DNA of 64,000 nt from Eledone cirrhosa (GCA_964016885.1 OZ024740.1:232500001-232564000), one strand, 5' to 3'. Shown: positions 16,285-30,573, counted from the stretch's first letter. The notes: generated by a model not told the origin, from the letters alone. Program-made: numbers and translations.

Positions 16285-16485
16285 TTTATGCTCTGCTGCC
16301 GTAAATGTCTTCAACTCCAGATATCCGAACGTTGAAAGTACACCTTCGATTGTACAAAGATTCCTGCTTGATGTCGACGACAAGTGTGCATTGAGCTTTT
16401 CAGACCTTACTGGAAATTATAATTACAACTATAATTACTCACACACGCAGACACGCAGACACATATACACACAGTGACACACACA

Positions 16486-16532
<47 letters not shown>

Positions 16533-16536
<4 letters not shown>

Positions 16537-17122
16537 CGTTTCTGAATTTGTTTAGCAAGATTCTTTATCTGAAATCGTGTGTTGAAACCGATATTGTTAT
16601 ACTTTGGGAGGGTCATGTTGCCAATAAGAAACACACGCACCAGTCGCTTTCACTTCAATTTATTATATATTTATAAATTTATAAATTTACAAATCTACAA
16701 ACTTATACATTTCTGGTTGGTTGGTTGGTTCCACAACCAGATAGTTGTTTATATATAGGCATAGTCCTTTCGTCACACACTCTGTGACCTCTTCAGTGAC
16801 TGGGGATTCCTTTCTTTGTTTTTGTGCCTTTCCTTTCTTCTGTCCTACGCCATTTTCAAAATGGCGTAGGACAGAAGAAAGGAAAGGCACAGAAACAAAG
16901 AAAGGAATCCCCAGTCACTGAAGAGGTCACAGAGTGTGTGACGAAAGGACTATGCCTATATATAAACAACTATCTGGTTGTGGAACCAACCAACCAACCA
17001 GAAATGTATAAGTTTGTAGATTTGTAAATTTATAAATTTATAAATATATAATAAATTGAAGTGAAAGCAACTGGTGCGTGTGTTTCTTATTGGCAACATG
17101 ACCCTCCCAAAGTATAACAATA
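16533..17122. mobile_element. Near-perfect 530-bp palindrome of the PLE 3' end (pseudo-LTR) plus tail
   Basis: Arms 16592-16856 and 16858-17122, centre 16857; ~58-nt tail at 16533-16591; HHR at 16914-16956 (+) and its mirror; (TA)n flanks. Confidence 0.92.
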
Positions 17123-17134
17123 TATATATATATA

Positions 17135-17343
17135 CAGGGTGACCACAAAAACACTGAGCTCGATTATCGGATTGATGTTTGCCGAGCAACAAAACAGGCA
17201 CATATCGAGTGTCTATGATATCAACCAAAACCACACGAACCTTTGTTAGTTTACACAATTGTAGCCACCAATATTCTAAAAAAAAACTAATTTAAGTTTT
17301 TATATTATAAGTATTTGGAATCAAGGAGTGTTTTTGTGGTCAC

Positions 17344-17347
<4 letters not shown>
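17135..17347. mobile_element. Tc1/mariner-type MITE
   Basis: TIRs CAGGGTGACCACAAAAACACT / AGTGTTTTTGTGGTCACTCTG within TA. An inverted copy of its right end lies at 17490-17550. Confidence 0.8.
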
Positions 17348-17387
<40 letters not shown>

Positions 17388-17809
17388 TACATATATGTAT
17401 ATATATACAAATATGTATATATATACATATATATATATACATGTATAAAGTTATATATATAGATATATACATATAAATATATATATATACAGTGTGACCA
17501 CAAAAACACTCCTTGATTCCAAATACTTGTAATATGAAAACTTAAATTAGTATATATGTATATATATATATACACACACACACACGCGCGCGCGGGCGCA
17601 CGCACACACACACACACACACTAACACGCGCGGGCGCGGGCGCACACACACACACACACACATATATAAGTTTAACAAGTTATCCTTTAAGGTAATCCAA
17701 GTTGATCAGCGATCAGCGATTTTTAGACTCACCAGACTAATGAAACAACTGTTACTACTTTAAATAAACACTATTGTGCAGCCGACCACGTTATTCTTCA
17801 CTCAATTAC

Positions 17810-17849
<40 letters not shown>

Positions 17850-18343
17850 CGTGTGTATGCGCGCGTGGTGTGTGTGTGTGTGTGTGTGTGCGCGTGTGTG
17901 TGTGTGTGCACGTGTGCGTGTGTGTGTATGTGTGTATGCACAGATATAGTGAGAAGGGCAGAACATATGGAGGGATGTGTGTGGTTCTTACTTTATCAGC
18001 TTAATACTCCAAGCCGAAAAATTCATTGATGACCCGGCAAACCAACAAGTGTTACGCGGCGGCGGCATTCAATTACAGAAAAGTCATTGCAATTTGATAA
18101 GGGATGAAAATTAGTTCAAATAACCCATCTTCCCAGAAGAGAAGATGTGTCTAATTCTTCTGGCCAGCTGATCTTCTAACTAGAAACCCTGTGGAAGAAC
18201 ACATTACATTGTTTTCATGCACTTATAGTTGTTTTTCAACGGACAAAGGAAGAGAAAAAGAAAATAGAAGGCAAACACATATCGCCTCAAAAGATTCATC
18301 TGTAAAGTGAAACGAACCTGCTGCGTTGAGAAGAATCATTAGT

Positions 18344-18445
<102 letters not shown>

Positions 18446-18446
18446 A

Positions 18447-18489
<43 letters not shown>

Positions 18490-18514
18490 TATATATATAT
18501 ATATATATATATAA

Positions 18515-18607
<93 letters not shown>

Positions 18608-19028
18608 TATATATATATATATATATATATTGAGGGAGAGAGAGTGTGCGATGGAGAGGATTTCATGGCTCCGTAGTTGATATAATATGTTGTGTTCACA
18701 GACTGTACTGATTCGAAAGAGAGATCAACAGAGAAACCATCACCTAAAGATTCCCCTATTTGTCAAATTGGTGAGAAATCCCTTAGAAAGCTATTACACC
18801 GAAAAACATTATAATAACAATAATTCAGAATATACATACACACACATACAGAGATGCAGAGGCATATATACACGTATGCTTACATCTATTTAGCTACAGC
18901 AAACCAAATACGCGAACGCGTGCACAATCACACACATAAATGTGCGCAGATACACACACACAAGCTTATACTATATTATATATACATATGTGATATATAT
19001 ATATATAGACATATATTTGCATATAGAC

Positions 19029-19093
<65 letters not shown>

Positions 19094-19490
19094 TATATAT
19101 TGTTATGCTTTGGGAGGATCATGTTGCCAATAGGAAACACACGCACCAGTAGTTTCACTCCAATTTATTATAAATTAAATTTATAAATTTAAGAATTTAT
19201 AAATTTCCGGCTGGTTGGTTGGTTCCACAACCGGGCGGTTGTTCATATATTGTCAAAGTTCTTTCGTCACACATTATGTGACCTCTTCTGTGACTGGGGA
19301 TACTTTTCTTTGTTTTTTGCTTCTCCTTTGTTCTGTCCTACGCCATCATGTTTTTGTGTGTGTTGTGTGCTTAGTTTGCGCATGTGTTACATCCGGGTGT
19401 CTGTGTGTGTTTATATTTGTTTATTTATTTGTTTATTTACATGTTACTGGTTGGTTGTTTGTTCTATGTGTGTGTGTTTTCATTTTTTCC

Positions 19491-22400
19491 CTAATTGTAA
19501 GTTGTGATGTTGCTATTCCATTCATGTTTTCTATTTAATTTTGGTTGGAGTTCATTTATGTTTATTGCCTCTGTGATTTGTCTAAACATTGCGTCTTTTC
19601 TGTGTGTAGATTCTATTTTTATTTCTATGTTCTCTAATTTACCCTTATGTTCTATTCTAGCATGTTGGTGGAGTACAGATGATTCTTTTCTATCTTGAAG
19701 CTCTCGCCAGTGTTCATTTATCCGTTCTCCTATACTACGAGCTGTGTCACCTATGTACACTATATTCTTATCTCTACATTGTCCTTCAGTACATCTGATG
19801 CTATATACTACATTTCTCGTTTTACAGTTAATATGGGGGCTTAGTTTACAGATTATACATTTCTTATCTATACAGGGAGGTCTTTGAAAAGGGTATGTAT
19901 TGCTAATAAGTTTTTTTATGGAGGCACCTGGTCTTTCTACTATCTTAATATTGAGTTTATGTTTATCTAGGGCCCTTCTAAATTTGTAAGCTAATTCACC
20001 TCTAGGGGTTGTATTGATGAACATTACACTCTGGTATTTATTGATATCATACCATGAGTTTATTCTATTAACCTTATTCCTAGTTCTTTCTATTCTATTC
20101 CAAAATTTGCTCCTATACGAGGGGCAGATCCCATTTGTATCATTATTTACCATTTTTTTTACCATTTTTTCCCATTTGGTTCTGGCTCCTCTATATACTC
20201 TGATTTTATCTCTCTGATTGTTACAAGAGAACTGCATACGGTGGATGAAGTGTTGTATGTGTCTCTCTAGTTCTTTGGGGTCGCACATGCGAGACACGTT
20301 TCTCATCACCCGTACCAAATCCGCAATCAGTATGTTGATTTTGGTGTGGTCCGAAACAGCTGAGTTTCAGTGGATCAGATATTTGGAAGTCATGGGTTTG
20401 GCATAATGGGAATGGAGGATTTGTTTTTTGTTATTAATGGTTTCTAATTATTAATGGTAGTCTATAGTAACTCTAATACTCTGGTGGATGGAGTTAGTTA
20501 TTTGCTGGATGCTTTCCATGGTGTTTTTCTCTAATTCCTGACTGTTCTCTAGTGGGGGTATTTTTATTACGATGTTTATATCATCAACATAGCGGGAGTA
20601 CATTATCAGCGTTAAGAGGTTGCTCTCTTCTTATTGTTCTTTAAGTTTAAGTTTAAGTTTATTGTCCCACCATACCATGAATAGGTTAGCTATGTCACCT
20701 GCAAAGCTAACACCAATGGCTGCTCCCTCCTCTTGGGCATATGTTTTTCCATTAAATTTGAACATATGTTCCTTAAGGGTTAATTTTATACTGGCCTCCA
20801 CCGCATGTGCAATCATTTTCTTTCGTTCATCGTGGTTTTCGGGGTTCCGTATGGCTCTGGTCCGCCCGTTCCATCTATTTGTGTGGATTTTCTTGGCCAT
20901 TGAGGTAATGGTAGGTGGTCTGCCTCTTGCTGGTCTTGTAGGGCACAGGTTGCTAAAGTCACATGTATCTAGATAATCATTAGTATAGGTAAGTTTAAGT
21001 AGGAGCCCCAGCTCACTGGTATCAATCCCACGGAATTCAACATTGCTCTCACTGATCATTTCTACACATTTCCCCACAGTAAAATCCACTTCAATGGATG
21101 GATATAGGGGCACAACATCCATACTACCTATTATACAGTTTGTTAGGTCCCTAGATCGGTTACTTTCGCTGATTCTGCTGAGGAGGTCCTCCATGCTGTC
21201 ACATATATCTGGAGACATTTCAATGATGGGGCGTATGATCAGGGAGAGGAAGTAGGAAAGTCTGTAGTTACTAGCAATGTTAGCTCCACAGACTGGCCGT
21301 GTTGGTGGTCCTGTGACAGGGTCACTGCTCGTTTTATGATCTTTTCGAAGCCCATACAACGCTGGCACGTCATTGTTCCAGTCCTGGAAGTTGTTGGCAG
21401 TCCTTTTATTGGGCTGCATTATATTTGTCCACATCATCATATGGGCATTGAGGGTTTTCTCCCTATCCTCATGCTCTTGTGGTGTTACTTCTCTTGTGTT
21501 AGTGATGTGGGGTTGCATTGCCTGGATGTAGTTTGACAGACTGTCAACCGACATTCTGCCAGACTTGTCTGTTGGAAAGCATGCAATCTCTCCATTACGC
21601 GAGCGCTGCATGAGCTTACGCAAGCCATTTGCAGATTTTTCTCCCAGTTGCTGGGCCTCCATTCTATTTTGCTTCTTGCTATACTGTTCTATAATATTTC
21701 TAAGTTTAGATCTAGCTATACTAAATTGTGCTTCTGTTTGTTCATGGACCTGCGACAGCAATTGCGTGCGTTTGTTAAAAGCTAAAGTCGCGGCGTGGAC
21801 TCGTCGTAGGTCGAAGGTCATATCGGAAGGATTATAAAACGTAGAGTTCCAGGATGCTGCTTTATGTGTACTATTGCTATTGTTATTGTTAGTTGTGTTG
21901 TTTCTATTTCTATTTCCACCAACAGCTTCATGGTTGTTTCTATGTCTCTCATTATTACTCCTGTCTCTTTCCTCTGGCTCATTGTTATTATCAACCATAT
22001 TTGGTGTGTCTGTGTGTTCGTCCTGTTATTTTCTCTGTCAGTATCGATAGTCTCCCTTCTCCTGTCAATCCCATTACCTTCCCTTACTTCTGTGTTACTG
22101 TCATTACATGTTTTCTGTGTCTGTGTGTTTATTAAGATTGTGGTTGTGGTGAGAGGCATAGAATGTGTGTGTTGTTGTTGTTGTTGTTGTGTCCTGTTGT
22201 TGATGTGTGTTGTTGTTGTTGTCTCCGTGTATGTTATTATTGTTGTGTGTTGCTATTGTTGTTTGTGTATGTGTGTCTGTTGTTGTTGTTTCTGAATATG
22301 TTATTATTGTTGATGTGTGTGTTGTTGTTTTCGTTGTTTGTGTCTGTGAGTTTGTTGTTGTTGGGATGTGTGTTGTATGTGTGTGTATGTGTGCGTATGT

Positions 22401-22675
22401 TGTTACTTTTTTTTGTTTTTGAGGCTCCAACGTAATTTTGTAAAAGATTTTTCTATTTCTGACAAGCATTTTATCATATTTACCTTATTATATGTGGCAT
22501 ATTTAGGTGGTAGCTGTAATATCGATAATTCTTCAGAGTCGACTGTAGTGTTGCCGTATACATTTGTGTTGTTGTTGTTGAATTCATCTGTTAATGAGAT
22601 GTCGGCCATGTTTATACCGTCAGTCTTGTCAGGATATCTATCGCTATTCTCTAAAGTTTCTTGGTCTAGTTTCAT
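19491..22675 (-). pseudogene. PLE RT-endonuclease polyprotein, disrupted
   Basis: ORF pieces 22403-22675 (ELSILQLPPKY), 20631-21998 (RT fingers/palm) and 19491-20318 (thumb plus GIY-YIG). YVDD at ~20580-20591 follows a premature TAA. Confidence 0.92.
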
Positions 22676-23049
22676 CTGTTTGAGCCACCTTAATTTCTTG
22701 TTAAAGTGCTTGTCACATTCTTGAAAAATGTACTTTTCTTCAAGACATATAAGGTTTATAAATATTAATTTTTCTCTTTGTTTGGTGATCGTAGTTATTT
22801 CTTGTATTAGGTTACGCTTATACTTTTCTTAATGACTTAATTATCTGTAAATCTTCTTTTTTATGTTTAGAATTAGTGTGGTTTTAGCCTATCTGCTTAC
22901 TGTAATCTTCTTACATTGGTGTTAATGGTGTTGATGTAAACTCGGGACGAGGCAGATTCTTTTATGAAGTGTAGTTGTCGAGATGTTATTGTTTTTCGTA
23001 GACAACAGAACATAGTGGTATCTTTTCAGTATCTTGTTAGCCTGGCTAA

Positions 23050-23251
23050 CATAGGTGAGACAGCTCGTAGTATAGGAGAACGGATAAATGAACACTGGCA
23101 AGAGCTTCAAGGTAGAAAAGAATCATCTGTACTCCACCAACATACTAAAATAGAATATAAGAGTAAATTAGAGAACATAGAAATAAAAATAGAATCTACA
23201 CACAGAAAAGTCGCAATGTTTAGACAACTCACAGAGGCAATAAACATAAAT
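23050..23251 (+). pseudogene. Inverted duplicate of the GIY-YIG segment at the PLE 5' end
   Basis: IGETARSIGERINEHWQELQGRKESSVLHQH...ININ; inverted relative to ~19555-19755. Confidence 0.9.
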
Positions 23252-23832
23252 TTTCAGCAAACAGGGGAGATAAAGCTGACAGAGCTATGTTTCGTACTGA
23301 TTGGTACTTAACAAAGCCCAGTACTTCACCTGTTTGCTGAAAATCATGAATGTTTGATTCTTATAGAATTTCTAGTAATAATCAGGACTCTCCTGTTTGC
23401 TGAAAATTTAAAGTAAGTGAGACTGTCACTACTCTAAAACAATAGCATAAGGTCTTCGAAATGCTTTTAATTAAGCATACAGTGTATTGCAAAATACACT
23501 ATATATACAATCATATATATATATAGCTATTTCAGAGCGCCAATTCTAATTTTCAATTTCTGCTTGACCGGCAACCGCTCTGTATAATCAGTCCCTGATT
23601 ATTACTAGAAATTCTATAAGAATCAAACATTCATGATTTTCAGCAATCAGGTGGAGTACTTGGCTTTGATAAGTACCAATCAGTACGAAACATAGTTCTG
23701 TCAGCTTTATCTCCCCTGTTTGCTGAAAATTTAAAGTAAGTGAGACTGTCACTACTCTAAAACAATAGCATAAGATCTTCTAAATGCTTTTAATTAAGCA
23801 TACAGTGTATTGCAAAATACACTATATATACA

Positions 23833-23836
<4 letters not shown>
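23252..23836 (+). mobile_element. Retrozyme-like element: ~323-bp monomer x1.4 with inverted 5' copy
   Basis: Direct repeat 23392 vs 23715; 23252-23388 is inverted relative to ~23593-23730; carries an HHR. Confidence 0.8.
23662..23706 (+). ncRNA. Type I hammerhead ribozyme, U3-A8 core variant
   Basis: GGCT-TTGATAA-GTAC-CAATCA-GTAC-GAAA-CA-TAGTTC-TG-TC^AGCT; all three stems pair; GUC cleavage triplet. Confidence 0.78.
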
Positions 23837-23897
<61 letters not shown>

Positions 23898-24361
23898 ATG
23901 GGTTTGCGTGTGAGTGTAGTGCGGTTTATCATAGAGATGTATATGAAAACATATACGATATGTTGATGTATAATAAACATAGGAGAGTCACTGATGACAG
24001 TTAAACATCTAGAAACAGTACACTCGTATTTTACCGCTACTGGGATAGGTGAGGCGTGATCATAAACTTAAAAAAAAAGAAATTTATATCGGGACTCTCA
24101 AATGCCTAGTATCATAGATGTTTTCTTATACACCCATATTATATTATATATATATATATGAAAAGATTCAGGATCCCGACGGCTGAGCTGCGGACGTTTC
24201 GACAGCTAGATCCGAACAGTTGGTTATGGTCCACCTGATATTTTACCACTTTTACTATATATATATATATATATATAAACTATAATAAAGGAAGAAGCGC
24301 GGGACTGCGTACGGTTTATAATGTTTTATCCCATGAGTAAAATAAGTTGGATTACTTTGAA

Positions 24362-24553
24362 TAAATAATTGTTTCTACTTTTGGCACAAGGCCAACAATT
24401 ACCCAGTGTATTACTGGTACTTTATTTTATCGACCCCGTAAGGATGAAAGGCAAAGTTAACCTCGGCGGGATTTGAACTCAGACCACAAAGGGCCGTAAC
24501 TCTGTGGTGCAAAGGATGGCGTCCGACCCTCTACGATACTGCCAATCCACCGT
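24362..24553 (-). mobile_element. tRNA-derived SINE with TSD
   Basis: Family consensus; TSD TACTTTGAATAAATAAT. Confidence 0.9.
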
Positions 24554-25102
24554 CCTACTTTGAATAAATAATGAATGAATATTACATAATTAATCTACTA
24601 AATTCCGTGGTTGTTCAATAAATATATTTATTATTTATTTAATGATTCACTTCTTTAAAATTTTCAAATGTCAACACTTCCGGTGGCGATCGCTTAAATA
24701 ATTATATTAATTTTCTGTCACTAATTTTCTCCTAATGCAGTTTATATATAATATCGTCTTTTTTTTAATGTATCATGGATTACATTACTGATTACATAAG
24801 AGAGTGTAACACAGTCATCGTTCAATTTCTGTGTATATTGACAATTACGATTTTATTTGATGTATCATATCTACATGTATATATACTTGCGTATAATATC
24901 AACATACACACTACACATGCTATATACCCTTCGGGTGGTTTTCTGCTCATATATATAAATTAGGATGGAATCAGTATGAATCTGGTTAGATCATAACTCA
25001 TCTGAGTACTCGATACTATGCTGAGTCCGTCAACGTCTTATTATATATACGATTGGCTGTGTAGTTGCTAGTTAAGGTAGCTTAAAATGGAGTGAGAATA
25101 AG

Positions 25103-25150
<48 letters not shown>

Positions 25151-25354
25151 GTAAATACATTTATATATATATATGCTTGGTGATCACTGATCTGTCCAGC
25201 TCGTTGGCTACCAGCATATCATGAAAAATCATGAAAAATCATCTGTATTTTCTCTGACGAGGACATGTTCTGTTTTATGTTATACATAAAACTTGCACCT
25301 TTGTAATATATATAAATATATAAATAGAGATAATATAAAGTATATATATATGTA

Positions 25355-25411
<57 letters not shown>

Positions 25412-26149
25412 CGCGCACCCCCCCGCACCCCCACACACACACGCATATATATATGCCGTCGAAACGGCTTGAGCTCAGCCGTCGGGGTCCTACTCGTTCC
25501 TATATATATATATATACATTCCAGTTGCTTTTATTTGAATGAAGCAGTTCTAGTCCTCGATAAATAGTAACTAATTTAGCACTAAATATTAGTGGGTAGA
25601 AGGTAAATAATTATTTTCTCAGCAGTGACTTCAAAGTTTCAGTCGTCTGCAAATAGCAAGCGGTGTGTGAAGTGAGCGTAAACAAACTGTTGTGTTAGTG
25701 TTTTTTTTTTCATATATTATTTTGCTTAAATGGAACTTAGTTGAACTTGCTTGAAAAGGAACAAGAGAGAATTCGGGGTTGAAGAATATGACATTTCAAT
25801 AAAACATGGCTGAGTTGTTCTGTGACAATATGTGAATGGGTGTGTGCATGAGTGTGTGATGGCGGTTATGAGGGTGGATCGGTGTGAGATTGATGTCCGA
25901 TTAGATGCTTCATGCTGTTTGTTCATTTTATTATAAAAATGACTTTTACGGGACTGGAACTGTTTCGTTCGTAAGAAATCATCAGATATGATGATAGAAG
26001 TAGCCGCTCTACCTGGATCTATTCTCTGATATCCGAGCTACGCATTCTATTGTGTAATGTTACTTCAAAGACTTTGGGAGGGCCAGCATTTCGTCCGCTT
26101 GTGTTCTCGATCGTATACTATCGGTCATTACCGAAAATTCATAGACGTA

Positions 26150-26880
26150 AGGGTTGGCACCGATACCAAATTGAAGATAGTGAGTTTAGCTTTTACACCT
26201 ACACCCCTTCTTCATTTACACGAATGTTGAAACTGATGCACTACTACAGAATCTCCTGTAATTCTTGCATATAATTCAACCTCCTTCCTTCCATCATTCG
26301 TGAACACGGCCTCGAAATATTTGAATTTCTCCACCACCTTGAGTGGAATTGCATTCACATGTAGAGTGCACTGTGCTAGTCTTCGCAGCACTGATTTTCA
26401 TTCCTTCGGTGCCGCACTCATCAGCAAACCTATGACAAGTCCAAACTAACTGACGAAAAGTATCGTTTTCGTCCTAGGCGCAGCTCAACTGACCAAATAT
26501 TCACACTGTTGCAGGTCTTTGATATTCGTGGGAGCATTGCCTAGAGGTGTATTTTTGTTTCGTAGACCTCAAAAATGCATATGATCGCGTTCTGTTGTAG
26601 AAGATTCTGCAGGAGTATGGTACCGATAGACATCTTCTTGTTGCCCTGATGTCTACAAATCCTTTAGTATTTCGGATAAATGATGTCTTCAAATCCCCTA
26701 GTGTGCGGATAAATGGTCGAATTCATTCAATGTGTGTGTCGGAATTCGTCAGGGTTGCGTATTGTCACCATTCCCGGGTATAAGCTACATGACTGCGATT
26801 GACATGCGCAACCGGTAGTATCAGTCAGCAAGAATTTGCAGACGACATGTTATTACTTTTCTCCTCAGAATGTGATCTTT
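26150..26880. mobile_element. Degenerate RTE-like LINE RT fragments in both orientations
   Basis: Plus strand CFVDLKNAYDRV, IRQGCVLSP, FADDML; minus strand VVEKFKYF-like segment at ~26200-26430. Confidence 0.65.
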
Positions 26881-28178
26881 GAAATCTACTTGATAAGTTT
26901 AATATATCCCTTAATATACAAAAACATGAGATGCTCCCTGCTAGAACAACTGATGAAGGCTGATTTGAGCCTAAAATGCAACAACAAATGTTGCATGTAG
27001 TCGCTTAAACTGCTAGAAATAGCAGTGGAGTCTTCCATAAACCATAACACTACACCTTGAAACCGAAATAACATTGGATAATGTAATCTGATTTAGATTC
27101 GATGTGAACAAGTTTGGATGGCTATGACTGGAACGCCATCAAGACGGTCGGTTTGATATATATTAAATAACAATTACGACGTCTACAGGCAGCACCATTG
27201 GCATTCAGAAAACTCTGTGACCAGGAGATTTGCAGGAAATAACCAAATCTACTTCAAGTCGTAGCCCACCCTCTGAAAAACGGACACAAAAACTAATATA
27301 ATTTTGCGACTGGAATGCCTTTGATTATAAATATGCTCGATATGAGCTGACCTGGTCTTAAATTATTACAACTACTGCTGTTATTACAACAAAAAATCAC
27401 CGTAGACACGAAGTAACCTCTTCATCAGTCATACGACTTGCTAGAAATAGCAGGTGATATGCAAACAACAAACTCTTCATGCCCTAAAAAATATTCGTTA
27501 GATAGCGTAGTCTAGATATCCCTAAAAAAGGCGTGATGGTCAAGGATGGAATATCTTTGATCATAGGTCCGTTTAATCTGTTGTAACGTGGTGTCAAACC
27601 ACCACTACTATTATCACTACTACGACCGCTACAAGAAAACCAGAAACAATAACAATTATTATATTCAACAAATGTGTCCTTAAAGAGTCCAACCAACCAT
27701 CTAGAACTGTTCTAACATCTATATAATAGAGTGTTATTGTATGTTATCTGTGGCTAGTTGTTACTAGAGGAGGGAAGGAACCGTGGTGAGTTAGTGAAAG
27801 AGGGGTAAAGTGAAGAGATGAAGTATAGGGTAGAATGGTACATAAAATGTTGAACAGTTCAGCGTGAAGTAAAGATGGTGTGACACAGAGGTTAGATTTT
27901 CTTACACACCTCTTCCCTTCCTACTTCCCTAACGATTTTTTCTTTTTTTTGTTCTTATTTTTATTCTTAAATTTTTTGTCAGTTTGTTAACGTTCCGACT
28001 TCGTCAAGTTTACGGCGTTTATTTTCTCCCCTCTTTTCTGTGTCTTTTGGTTGTGACTGTTTTGTTTGTGTGTTGTTATTATTGATGTTACTGTTGCTGT
28101 TATTGTTTATCCCCCCTCCTTCCTCTCCTTCCGCTTCTTCTTCTTCTTCTTCTTCTTCTTCTTCTTCTTCTTCTTCTT

Positions 28179-28211
<33 letters not shown>

Positions 28212-28677
28212 GCCATTGTTTATATTTGTTGATATTACTGTAGTTATTTTTTTACTGTTGTTAATCTTATGAGAAAGGTGGATAGCATATGGCAGAGAAT
28301 GCAACTAAATGCCATGTGCTCTTTACACACGACTATTTATTTTTCTAAGTTCAAATCTTACCGAGGTCAATGTCCCTTTTGGAATCGATAAAATACTCTA
28401 CCATGATCGATTCAATCGACTAAGTTCTCTCCAAAATTTCACGTTTCGCATCTAATACAGGGTGGCCCAAAGGTCAGACAGGGCGAAAATGTCCGCCATA
28501 TGAAAGATGTAATTTTTCCTAAGTCATGTAGAGATTTGACAAAGATTTGACGAGTACAAAATGATTTCCATTATGTCCTTTAAGGCGGTGGATTGGCAGT
28601 ATTGGTAGAGTGTCGGATGCCATGCTTTGACGCATAGAGTTACGGCCCTTGCCATTCTGAGGGGTCTTACTGGTTCC

Positions 28678-28791
<114 letters not shown>

Positions 28792-28819
28792 GATACATTT
28801 TAGGTCGCTTTAACCCGTC

Positions 28820-29503
28820 TTTTATTATTCAAAATCTTCTTGCCAATAAACATTAACCCTTTGTGCGCCATTCATCTAACTGTAGACCAACAAATACCAA
28901 CTAAACGAAGAGTTGACAAGAACGATGGAGAATGAATCTTCGAGGTTAGCAGTTTCCTCCCGAGCTGTTAGTTCACGCGGGATTCTCTGCTACACCCTTT
29001 CGTAATAATACCGAACAACGTACTGCTGGGTACTCCTTCCTACAAAAGCCGTACAAAGCGGACATGTGATCGGGTAGATGAATCGGGTGCAAATCTACAC
29101 CAGGCCTACGCGAGAAATTCACAAGTGTCTGCACCGAGAGTGATAGAGAGAAAGAGTAACTTAGTGGAAAGAGTGCGAATGAACTTTTGAGGTAAGTAGC
29201 CTACGTCTTACGGCTATGACACTGGAACCTTCTGCCAGCTTAACCTGTGACTTTCACTTTCACATTTACTCCAAAAGGCCAAAACAGGGGAGTATGAAAA
29301 AAAGGGGGCTCAACAATATTTCTATGAACAATGCACGTAGACAGCTAAACTGTACTTTCAAATTCTTAATTTTCTGCAAATAAAACAAGTTTCCTCTCGG
29401 TATATTTTCGTTAGTTTTTAACAGGCACACACAAATAAACGTTTCTCATTGGAGGTGCTATTACCAATGTTCTTACCCGTGCAACGCCGGGATACACTGC
29501 TAG
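28820..29503 (+). mobile_element. Non-autonomous Helitron (5' end uncertain)
   Basis: 3' hairpin CCCG-TGCAACGC-CGGG then ATACACTG-CTAG|T. Confidence 0.6.
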
Positions 29504-30282
29504 TAATAAATAAAATCGTTAATTAATATATAATAAATCATATAATATATACTATGTTGAAATAAATATTATATATTTTTTATTTTACTATATTTATATA
29601 TAATATATATCATTTGATATTTAATATACTATTAGATCATCTCTACACCCTTCCCTTAGGACCCAGCGCCCTCTGAATCGGTAGCCCCCACTTTGAGAAC
29701 CTCTCATTTACACCATAACACCGTTCTAGTTTTGTATATTAGTTGTTGGTAGGGCCGGATATATATTTTTTTATTTGAAGGGAGCATAGAGGGCCCCGAA
29801 CCCCCAGCAGTGGGGGCCCCACAAGTGACAGCCGTGGCAATTTATTTGTACCCTCAGGTGAGCTCTTTAGTTTTATGATGGTTAGAATTTTTGAATTTAA
29901 TATCTGTAAGTCTAACTTTTCAATTCCAATTACTTGCGCAGAGCTAACTTTGATATGTAAAATTGGAGGGCTTGCTGTGTATTCTAATATTTTGCGTATG
30001 AAGGGCTCCCCAAACCTGAAGTAGAACGGGTCCCCCAAGGTCCAAATCCAACCCTGGTCATTGGATTAAATATCAAAATGATGAGATTAATAGATCCGCA
30101 GAAACGATAGTTATTTTCCTTTAGGCTCTGAGTGTAAACATCTCCATTGTCTACTCTGACGCCTCCTACCGAGGTCGATAAGAAAGGTAGATGCGAGTGG
30201 TAGAATGACATAAATCTTACACGCATGCATACACACACACACACACACACATACATAAACACACACACACACACATACATAA

Positions 30283-30316
<34 letters not shown>

Positions 30317-30466
30317 TCATTTATGCATATACACATAAATATATATGTATGAGTTTTGAGAGAATCATGCGAGTAATTCTGAGTTCAAAACCCGATTGGT
30401 TGAGCTTACCTTTTCATATTTCTAGGGTCGATAAATAAAGTACCAAGCAAATAGTGGTTGCATTCT

Positions 30467-30573
<107 letters not shown>

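Larger units (their letters stand above)
19101..23251 (-). mobile_element. Penelope-like retroelement, near full length, disabled (RT plus C-terminal GIY-YIG; Neptune/Nematis-like)
   Basis: PTDKSG, PTRPV, GSMDVVPLYPSI, YAQEEGAAIG, in-frame stop then SRYVDD, YAKPM, CxxxxCxxC linker, NVVYSIRC..C..YIGDTARS..ERINEH. 3' UTR has a mutated HHR (CAGAAGA). Ends in (TA)n. 5' inverted segment at 23050-23251. Confidence 0.95.

Noticed and set aside
16610-16645. AGAAACACACG resembles hairpin-ribozyme loop B
   Set aside because: It lies antisense to the PLE, and the partner strand (GUAUAUUAC) and loop A geometry could not be built.
16687-17027. Two mirror-image 67-aa ORFs
   Set aside because: Artefact of the palindrome of the PLE 3' UTR.
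19491-22675. Naiad-type selenoprotein PLE
   Set aside because: The endonuclease is C-terminal, the main premature stop is TAA and frameshifts are present; this is ordinary decay.
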